A stretch of 64,000 nt of DNA from positions 72,897 through 136,896 of the forward strand of contig CAVSCX010000021.1 of NCBI GenBank assembly GCA_963726615.1. Direction: 5' to 3'. The notes under the pieces were generated by a model. That model saw only the letters and a program-made list of their open reading frames with translations, was not told the origin of the DNA and did no database searches. The stretch is from an uncultured Actinomycetota bacterium. Lineage in GTDB: Bacteria > Actinomycetota > Actinomycetes > JACCUZ01. Both the position numbers and the translations under genes were made by a program. Shown here one piece after another: positions 53,422-60,439 of this stretch (position 1 is its first letter; each line of letters starts with the position of its first letter).

Positions 53422-54208
53422 GCAGCAGGGTGTCCAGGCCGCGGACCAGGCCGACCAGGCCCGGTGCGGCCCGGACTGCGAGCAGCGTGCCGGCGACGTA
53501 CGGTGCCGGGGTGCCGCCGGCGTCGTGGCGGATCACCAGGCGCTCGTCCGGCAGGGCGAAGACGACCTCGGTGGAGACGACGAAGCTCGGCAGGCGCACC
53601 GAGTGCACCTGGGTACCGGCGACCGTCGCGCCGCGCGCCTCGGGGTGACCCACCGTCGCGGCGACCGCGACCGGCAGCGTCGGCACGGACACCTCGCCCA
53701 GCCGCTCGGCCAGCTCACGGGCCGTGCCGCTCGGTGCGTCCTGCTTCCCCGCCGAGGCGTAGTCGACGATCTCGCGGTACGGCAGGTGCGGCGCGACCAG
53801 CAGCGCCGCGGCCTGCGCCATCGCCGCGGTGAGAGAGAAGTTGCCGGCCGCCACCACTCCGACGCCGGCCGTGCGAGCGGAGGCGTCGATCTCGGCGAAG
53901 TCGTCGGCGGTCAGGCCGGATGAGCCGATTACGACGTGCACGCCGGCAGCGACGGCCGCGAGCGCATGCTCCCGCGCAGCGACGTGGGAGGTGTAGTCGA
54001 CGAGCACGTCGACACCGTCGAGCGCATCCCCCAGGTTGGCGAGGACCTGGACACCGATCGGCTCGCTGCCCCACGCCTCGCCGAGGTCCTTGCCCACGGT
54101 CTCCCGGGCGAGCGTCGACCGGAGGTCCAGGTCGCTCGCCGCCAGCACGGCCTCGGCAACCGCGCGACCGGTCCAGCCCGTCGCCCCGGCCACACACACC
54201 GATGTCAT
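53411..54208 (-). CDS. dihydrodipicolinate reductase (DapB)-like protein, atypical active site
   Basis: 265 aa from MTSVCVAGATGWTGRAV (Rossmann GxxGxxG). The C-terminal domain carries ...EIVDYASAGKQDAPSGTA... where DapB has E-x-H-H-x-x-K-x-DAPSGTA. The upstream part of track ORF 53411-54499 is not coding. Confidence 0.7.
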   Translation of the reverse strand: MTSVCVAGATGWTGRAVAEAVLAASDLDLRSTLARETVGKDLGEAWGSEPIGVQVLANLGDALDGVDVLVDYTSHVAAREHALAAVAAGVHVVIGSSGLTADDFAEIDASARTAGVGVVAAGNFSLTAAMAQAAALLVAPHLPYREIVDYASAGKQDAPSGTARELAERLGEVSVPTLPVAVAATVGHPEARGATVAGTQVHSVRLPSFVVSTEVVFALPDERLVIRHDAGGTPAPYVAGTLLAVRAAPGLVGLVRGLDTLLLSR

Positions 54209-54351
54209 GCCGCCACCCTGGCACGGGTCACGAGTTCGTCCCGTGTCGGGCAAGGTCCGGCGTGCCCGGGCATCCCATCGCCGCTGGTCCGTTAGCCTCG
54301 CCGGAACCGAAAGCCATGGAAACAGGATAAAAGGGACGAGGCCGCCGCAGG

Positions 54352-55248
54352 ATGCTCGGGGTGAACGTGACCGCCAGCGCCACGGCCGCAGGCGCCGCGC
54401 TGGTGGTGGCGCTGCTTGTCGGCGCCATGCCCGCGCAGGGCGCGCCGGCCACACCCTCGGGCGAGACACCGGTGCCGACGACGACCGGGACCACACCACC
54501 TCCGGCCCCCCCGACGCCCACGACCACCGCCACGCCCACGACCACCGCCACGCCCACTCCTGACGACATGCTGCTGCCTGACCTGATCGCCCTGCCGGCC
54601 TCCCAGCCGAGGGTGCAGACGCTGCGTGACGGGCGCCGGCTGCGGTTCACCTCGGCCCTGGGCAACATCGGTGCCGGCCCGATCGAGGTGCGCCCGAACA
54701 ACCTCCAGCCCTGCCCGGCCGGCCAGCACAACTCGACCCAGATCGTCTACCTCGACGGCAACGGAAACGGACGTTACAACCCGAAGAAGGACACCGACCT
54801 GGACAGGCACCCCGCCGGCTGCATGGTCTACCACCAGTACCACCACCACTGGCACTTCAAGGCGTCCGCGCGCTACTCGCTGCTGGACCCGAGCCAGGAG
54901 GGACGGGTGGTCGTCTCCGCCAGGCGCAAGGTGAGCTTCTGCTTGCGCGACAGCGCCCGGCTGCCGGACCGCTACGGTTCGTTCGACCACCCGGAGCGGT
55001 ACAGCTACTGCACCCGTCGGAGTCCGCAGGGCATCTCGGTGGGCTGGATGGACGTCTACCAGAGCTTCCTCGCCGGCCAGGCCCTGCGGCTGCCGAAGCG
55101 CATGAAGAACGGGCTGTACTGCCTGGAGACTGTGGTCGACCCCATCGACCAGCTCGACGAGACGAACGACGACAACAACTCGTCGGTACGGGCGCTGCGG
55201 ATCCGGGGGAACCGCGTCGTCGTCCGCCCCACCAGACGCTGCCGCTGA
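54352..55248 (+). CDS. secreted lysyl oxidase-like copper amine oxidase domain protein
   Basis: It has a signal peptide and a Pro/Thr linker. The motifs are then collinear with the animal LOX catalytic domain. YHQYHHHWHF (His164/166/168, nt 54841-54855) corresponds to WHSCHQHYH. RKVSFCLRDS (Lys193) corresponds to HKASFCLEDT. QGISVGWMDVY (Tyr236) corresponds to QGLSPGCYDTY. DPIDQLDETNDDNN corresponds to NPSYLVPESDYTNN. Confidence 0.8.
   Translation: MLGVNVTASATAAGAALVVALLVGAMPAQGAPATPSGETPVPTTTGTTPPPAPPTPTTTATPTTTATPTPDDMLLPDLIALPASQPRVQTLRDGRRLRFTSALGNIGAGPIEVRPNNLQPCPAGQHNSTQIVYLDGNGNGRYNPKKDTDLDRHPAGCMVYHQYHHHWHFKASARYSLLDPSQEGRVVVSARRKVSFCLRDSARLPDRYGSFDHPERYSYCTRRSPQGISVGWMDVYQSFLAGQALRLPKRMKNGLYCLETVVDPIDQLDETNDDNNSSVRALRIRGNRVVVRPTRRCR
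54514..54558 (+). repeat. 18-bp in-frame tandem repeat (ACGCCCACGACCACCGCC x2 + 9 nt) encoding TPTTTA-TPTTTA-TPT
   Basis: Read directly. It lies in the Pro/Thr-rich linker of the LOX-like gene. Confidence 0.9.
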
Positions 55249-55261
55249 CCAGGAGGCCGAC

Positions 55262-56338
55262 ATGACCCGCTTCGACCGACGCACGGTGCTCAAGGCCGGT
55301 CTCGCGACCGCCGGAGGCGCGGCCCTCGGGGCCGGCGTCGCCGGCGCGACCCCGGCCGAAGCGGCTCCGCGGGTCGACCGCGCCCTTGCCAAGGGACTGG
55401 CCGTGCCGTGGGGGCTCGCGTTCCTGCCCAACGGGAACGCGCTCGTGGGGGAGCGCGACAGCGGTGACGTGCACGTGGTGAAACGACGCGGCGGACGCCG
55501 GCGCGTGGGACATCTCAAGCCGTTCAGCCAGGTCGGCCGAGCGGGCGAGAGTGGCCTGCTCGGGCTGGCTCTGCATCCCGACTTCCGGCGCAACCGGCTG
55601 GTCTATGCCTACCTGTCCACCCGCAGCGACAACCGCATCGTCCGGATGACCTACGCGCATGGCGAGCTCGGAAAGCGGCAGCTGGTGCTCGCCGGCATCC
55701 CGATGAACCTGCACCACAACGGCGGCGGCCTGGCCTTCGGCCCCGACGGGCTGCTCTACGCCAGCACCGGCGACGGCGAGGTCGGCTCGCGGGCCCAGAG
55801 CCGCAGCTCGCTCGGCGGGAAGGTTCTGAGGATGACCCCGGACGGAGAGGTCCCGGCCGGGAACCCGTTCGGCAACTTCACGTGGTCGATGGGCCACCGC
55901 AACGTCGAGGGCATCACCTTCGACAAGCGCGGGACGCTGTGGGCGAGCGAGTTCGGCGAGAAGGAGACCGACGAGCTGAACATGATCGTGCGCGGCGCGA
56001 ACTACGGCTGGCCGTACGTCGAGGGTGCCGACGGTGCGGGCGGCTACCGCGACCCGCTGGCCCAGTGGTCGCCCACCTCGACCTGCTCTCCCGCGGGAGT
56101 CGCGGTGGCGAACGGTCGGGCCTGGCTCGGCGCCCTGCGCGGCGAGTGCCTGTTCTCGGTCCGCCTCCGGGGTCCGGACTCGGGAGCCAGGCGGCGCCAC
56201 TTCGCCGGCCGGTTCGGCCGGATCAGGCAGGTCATGGCCGCTCCGGACGGCTCGCTGTGGATCACGACCTCCAACCGCGACGGCCGCGGCTCCCGCGGGC
56301 GCGGCGACGACAAGGTGATCAGGATCTCGCTGCCCTGA
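55262..56338 (+). CDS. Tat-exported PQQ-dependent (soluble glucose/sorbosone dehydrogenase-type) beta-propeller dehydrogenase
   Basis: It has a twin-arginine signal (MTRFDRRTVLKAGLATAGGAALGAG). GLAVPWGLAFLPNG, ESGLLGLALHPDF, HNGGGLAFGPDGLLY and GHRNVEGITFD are typical of the GDH-B/sorbosone dehydrogenase family. It starts 13 nt after the LOX-like gene. Confidence 0.8.
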   Translation: MTRFDRRTVLKAGLATAGGAALGAGVAGATPAEAAPRVDRALAKGLAVPWGLAFLPNGNALVGERDSGDVHVVKRRGGRRRVGHLKPFSQVGRAGESGLLGLALHPDFRRNRLVYAYLSTRSDNRIVRMTYAHGELGKRQLVLAGIPMNLHHNGGGLAFGPDGLLYASTGDGEVGSRAQSRSSLGGKVLRMTPDGEVPAGNPFGNFTWSMGHRNVEGITFDKRGTLWASEFGEKETDELNMIVRGANYGWPYVEGADGAGGYRDPLAQWSPTSTCSPAGVAVANGRAWLGALRGECLFSVRLRGPDSGARRRHFAGRFGRIRQVMAAPDGSLWITTSNRDGRGSRGRGDDKVIRISLP

Positions 56339-56382
56339 GGTGGATGGGAGGCCGCGGCGGGCGGGCCTGGGAGAATGATCCG

Positions 56383-57534
56383 GTGATCTCACCGCCGTCG
56401 ACCCGCGCGCCCGCTCCCGGCGGGTTCTCGATCGGGCCGTACCCCGTGTGGCCGCCGGTGGTGCTGGCGCCGATGGCGGGCATCACCAACCAGCCGTTCC
56501 GGACGCTCTGCCGGGAGTACGGCGGCGGGCTGTACGTCAGCGAGATGATCACCACGCGGGCGCTGGTCGAACGCGACCCGGAGACGATGCGGCTGATCGA
56601 GTTCGGCCGGCACGAGCAACCACGGAGCCTGCAGCTCTACGGCGTCGACCCCTGGGTCGTCGGCGAGGCCGTGACGATGATCGTCGCCGAGGACCGGGCC
56701 GACCACGTCGACCTGAACTTCGGCTGCCCGGTCCCCAAGGTGACCCGTCGCGGCGGGGGAGCCGCGCTGCCGTGGAAGCTGGACCTGTTGCGCGCGGTCC
56801 TGCGCGCGGCGGTGCGGGCAGCCGGCCCGGTGCCGGTCACCATGAAGATGCGCAAGGGCATCGACGACGATCACCTCACCTATCTCGACGCCGGCCGGAT
56901 CGCCGAGGACGAGGGCGTCACGGCGATCGCGCTGCACGGTCGGACCGCCGCCCAGGCCTACTCCGGGCAGGCCGACTGGGATGCGGTCGGCCGGCTCAAG
57001 GCGCGCGTCACCTCGATCCCGGTTCTCGGCAACGGCGACGTCTGGGAGGCCGCCGATGCGTTGCAGATGATGCGCGAGACCGGTTGCGACGGTGTCGTGG
57101 TCGGACGTGGCTGCCTGGGTCGGCCCTGGTTGTTCCGGTCTTTCGACCGCGCGTTCGACGGGCTACCGGACGACGAGCACCCCGCCCTCGGCGAGGTCGC
57201 CCGCGTGATGCGCCGCCACGCGGGGTTGATGGTCGACTGGCTCGGCGAGGACAAGGGCTGCCGCGAGTTCCGCAAGCACGTGTCCTGGTACCTCAAGGGC
57301 TTCGGCGTCGGCGGTGAGACCCGGCACCGGCTGGCCCTGGTGTCCAGCCTGGACGAGCTGGACCGGCTCCTGGGCGGGCTGGACCGGACCGAGCCGTTCC
57401 CCACCGTCTCGGTGGGGTCGCCGCGCGGCCGGGCCGGGTCGCCGCGGCGGGTTGCCCTCCCTGAGGGCTGGCTCGACTGTCGTACCGGCGGCGTGGTGGA
57501 CCCCGAGGCCGAGCTGGCGATCTCTGGTGGCTGA
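56383..57534 (+). CDS. dusB: tRNA dihydrouridine synthase
   Basis: The sequence is VVLAPMAGITNQPFRTLCREYGGGLYVSEMI...DLNFGCPVPKV...ALHGRT. The start is GTG 56383 (alternative ATG 56344). The upstream part of track ORF 55882-57534 is a shadow. Confidence 0.9.
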   Translation: MISPPSTRAPAPGGFSIGPYPVWPPVVLAPMAGITNQPFRTLCREYGGGLYVSEMITTRALVERDPETMRLIEFGRHEQPRSLQLYGVDPWVVGEAVTMIVAEDRADHVDLNFGCPVPKVTRRGGGAALPWKLDLLRAVLRAAVRAAGPVPVTMKMRKGIDDDHLTYLDAGRIAEDEGVTAIALHGRTAAQAYSGQADWDAVGRLKARVTSIPVLGNGDVWEAADALQMMRETGCDGVVVGRGCLGRPWLFRSFDRAFDGLPDDEHPALGEVARVMRRHAGLMVDWLGEDKGCREFRKHVSWYLKGFGVGGETRHRLALVSSLDELDRLLGGLDRTEPFPTVSVGSPRGRAGSPRRVALPEGWLDCRTGGVVDPEAELAISGG

Positions 57535-57603
57535 GGTGGGCGTTGCCGTCGGGGGTCTCATCGGTATGCCTAGGGTTGACGTCCCCGACGGAAGGTCACG
57601 CAG

Positions 57604-58035
57604 ATGGTCTCGTGGCGGGACACCGCGTCCCAGCAGGCGCAGGACGACGCCGACACCCTGCTGAGCACTGTGCTCGAGGTGGCCGGGCAGCGCCTGGTGG
57701 CAGACGGCGGCTTCTTCCCCTTCGGGGCGGCCCACACCCCGGACGGCGAGCTCGTCCTGCTCGGCGGGGACCCCGACCTCGGCGACCACCCGACCACCGA
57801 GGAGGTCCTGCGGTCCCTGCACGCCGGCACCGCCGAGCGCAGCGGCGACTACCGGTCGATCGCGCTCGCCGCCGACGTGGTGGACGGGAGCCGCACCGGC
57901 GTCAGGGTCGAGCTGGAGCACCGGGAGGGCATCGCGCTGGTGCTGCTCGTGCCGTATGCCCGTGACGAGGACGGGCGCCTCGCCTACGGCGAGATGGAGG
58001 GCGCGCTCGCCGCCCGCCGGGTCTGGACTTCCTGA
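57604..58035 (+). CDS. hypothetical protein
   Basis: This 143-aa ORF has an RBS GGAAGG about 8 nt upstream and good codon bias. I recognise no family. Confidence 0.55.
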   Translation: MVSWRDTASQQAQDDADTLLSTVLEVAGQRLVADGGFFPFGAAHTPDGELVLLGGDPDLGDHPTTEEVLRSLHAGTAERSGDYRSIALAADVVDGSRTGVRVELEHREGIALVLLVPYARDEDGRLAYGEMEGALAARRVWTS

Positions 58036-58178
58036 CAAAAGGTACTAAGTTCACCTTTCGGCGCGGAACAGATCGGTGTAAACCCGTGACTCCGCCGCCT
58101 CCGGGTCGTTCCCCACCCCGGATGACCCCACTGGTTCAGCCAGCATTCGGCCGGGACCGGCTCGTCAGGAGGCGCAGG

Positions 58179-59978
58179 GTGAAGTTGCACACTGTCCAGC
58201 TCACGTCACGCAAGGTAGCGGTGGCCGCTGCCGGACTCCTGGCGGTGAGCACCGCCGCCGCCGTCGTGCCGGCCGTCGCCGCCACCCCGGCCAGGGGCAC
58301 GGTCAGCGACGCCGCGACCACGGCGACGTGGACGGCCGGACCGTTCGCCGTCCCCAACGACACCGGCGCGGCCGGCGACCCGATGTGCGGCACGGCCGCG
58401 ACCCCGTGCGACGACTACCAGCTGAGGGTCGACGTCCCGGCCGGCTACGACGCCGGCCACAGCCTCAGGGTCGAGGTGGCCTGGCCGACCGCGGCCGCCG
58501 ACTTCGACGTCTACGTCCTGGACGCCTCCGGTGCGATCGTGAGCTCGGCGGCATCCTCCAGCGACCCGGAGACCCTGCTGCTACCGGCGGTCACGACCGA
58601 CTACACGGTACGAGTGGTGCCGTTCGCACCGCTGGGCCAGAGCATCACCGGCACCGCGACGCTGGTCACGAACCCGGCGAACCCGGCGCCGAGCACCGCT
58701 CCCGCACCGGGTTTCCGGAACTACGCAGCGCCCGACTCGCTGAAGCGCTCGCACGACGCGGGGGAGCCCTCGATCGGGGTGAACTTCGCCACCGACGCGA
58801 CGATGTACCAGGCGTACACCGCCACGTTCAAGGCGACGTTCGACAGCACCGGTGCCGTGTCGTGGGCGGACAAGAGCGCCACCGCGGCGAACGGGTGTCC
58901 GCAGGGCAGCACCACCAGCCTGGACCCGATCCTCTACACCGACCACGAGAGCGGCCGGACCTTCGAGTCCCAGCTGGCCGGCAAGACCGCTCTGACCTGC
59001 TTCACCGACGACGACGGTGAGACCTGGCTCCCGACCAGCGGTTCCGGGATCAACTCCGGGGTCGACCACCAGACCCTCGGCGGCGGGGCGTTCTCGGCCG
59101 GCGGCATCGGCGGGACCACCTCGGACCGGGCCGTCTACTACTGCTCGCAAGACATCGCGGACGCGTCCTGCGCGGTCAGCCGTGACGGCGGCGTCACCTA
59201 CGGTCCCGCCGTCCCCATGTACAGCCTGCTGGACTGCGGTGGCCTGCACGGGCACGTCAAGGTGGCGCCGGACGGCACCGCCTACGTCCCGAACAAGGGT
59301 TGCGGCGGCAAGCAGGGCGTGGCCGTGTCCACGGACAACGGCGCCTCCTGGGCGCTGCGCAAGGTCCCGGCGAGCACGCCGGGCGACTCGGACCCGAGCA
59401 TCGGGCTCGCGAGCGACGGCACAGCGTTCTTCGGCTACCAGAACAGCGACGGCACTGCGCGCATCGCGGTGTCGCACGACCAAGGACGCACGTGGGTCGA
59501 CAACCAGGACGTCGGCGCCCAGCTCGGCGTCAAGAACATCGTGTTCCCGGCGATGGTCGCCGGCGACGCCAACCGAGCCGCATTCGCCTTCCTGGGCACC
59601 ACGACGGGCGGCAACTACCAGGACGCGGGCTTCGACGGTGTCTGGCACCTGTACGTCGCGACGACCTACGACGGCGGTGTGAGCTGGGTGACGACCGACG
59701 CGACTCCGAGCGACCCGGTCCAGAAGGGGTCGATCTGCACGGGCGGGACCACCTGCGGCAACGACCGGAACCTGTTGGACTTCATGGACGTCACCGTCGA
59801 CAAGCAGGGCCGGGTCCTCGTCGGCTACGCGGACGGCTGCACCGGCGCGTGCGCAACCGGGGGCGCGCAGAACTACGACGCGCTCGCCACGATCGCCCGC
59901 CAGTCAGCCGGCAGCACGCTGTTCGGCGCCTTCGACGCGGTCGTCACCGGCAAGCACGTCAAGAAGCCGAAGAAGTAG
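58179..59978 (+). CDS. secreted BNR/Asp-box repeat beta-propeller protein (sialidase-like fold) with N-terminal PPC-like domain
   Basis: GTG 58179 lies 6 nt after AGGAGG. It has a signal peptide (VAVAAAGLLAVSTAAAVVPAVAA). Five Asp-box-like motifs are present: DDDGETW, SRDGGVTY, STDNGASW, SHDQGRTW, TYDGGVSW. The C-terminus is Lys-rich (KHVKKPKK). Confidence 0.75.
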   Translation: MKLHTVQLTSRKVAVAAAGLLAVSTAAAVVPAVAATPARGTVSDAATTATWTAGPFAVPNDTGAAGDPMCGTAATPCDDYQLRVDVPAGYDAGHSLRVEVAWPTAAADFDVYVLDASGAIVSSAASSSDPETLLLPAVTTDYTVRVVPFAPLGQSITGTATLVTNPANPAPSTAPAPGFRNYAAPDSLKRSHDAGEPSIGVNFATDATMYQAYTATFKATFDSTGAVSWADKSATAANGCPQGSTTSLDPILYTDHESGRTFESQLAGKTALTCFTDDDGETWLPTSGSGINSGVDHQTLGGGAFSAGGIGGTTSDRAVYYCSQDIADASCAVSRDGGVTYGPAVPMYSLLDCGGLHGHVKVAPDGTAYVPNKGCGGKQGVAVSTDNGASWALRKVPASTPGDSDPSIGLASDGTAFFGYQNSDGTARIAVSHDQGRTWVDNQDVGAQLGVKNIVFPAMVAGDANRAAFAFLGTTTGGNYQDAGFDGVWHLYVATTYDGGVSWVTTDATPSDPVQKGSICTGGTTCGNDRNLLDFMDVTVDKQGRVLVGYADGCTGACATGGAQNYDALATIARQSAGSTLFGAFDAVVTGKHVKKPKK

Positions 59979-59986
59979 GGAGCACG

Positions 59987-60439
59987 GTGCGCGCACTCAT
60001 CGCGCTCGTCCTCGCCACCGCCGCCCTCTCGGGCTGCGGCGGTGGCGAGAGCGAGGCGGACAAGGGGGCCGAGAAGCAGCTCGCCGGCAGCGGCGCCCCG
60101 ACACCCGTCTGTGTCGACCGGGCCGAGACAGCCAGCGTCCCGGGCTCCTTCCCAGCGGACTTCCCGTTGCCGGAGGACTCGGTGGTCTACGCCAGCGAGC
60201 GTCGGTCCGGCGGCCGGACGATCGTCTACGCCGTGGTCGACACCGCCGAGAAGGACGTCCTGGCCTTCCTGCAGAAGGCCGTGCCGGCCGCCGGCTACCG
60301 GCTGACCGAGGGCGAGGTCGAGGAACGCGACGCCGAGTCGAACTGGGTCGGCAACGGCTTCACCGGCCGGTGGGCGATCCGCGAGGTCGCCGGCTGCAGC
60401 GAGCAGACGTCGGTCACCGTGCTCAGCGCGAAGGACTGA
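59987..60439 (+). CDS. lipoprotein of unknown function
   Basis: GTG 59987 lies 8 nt after the BNR gene stop. It has a lipobox (LATAALSGC). It is 150 aa. It is the 3' part of track ORF 59300-60439. Confidence 0.65.
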   Translation: MRALIALVLATAALSGCGGGESEADKGAEKQLAGSGAPTPVCVDRAETASVPGSFPADFPLPEDSVVYASERRSGGRTIVYAVVDTAEKDVLAFLQKAVPAAGYRLTEGEVEERDAESNWVGNGFTGRWAIREVAGCSEQTSVTVLSAKD

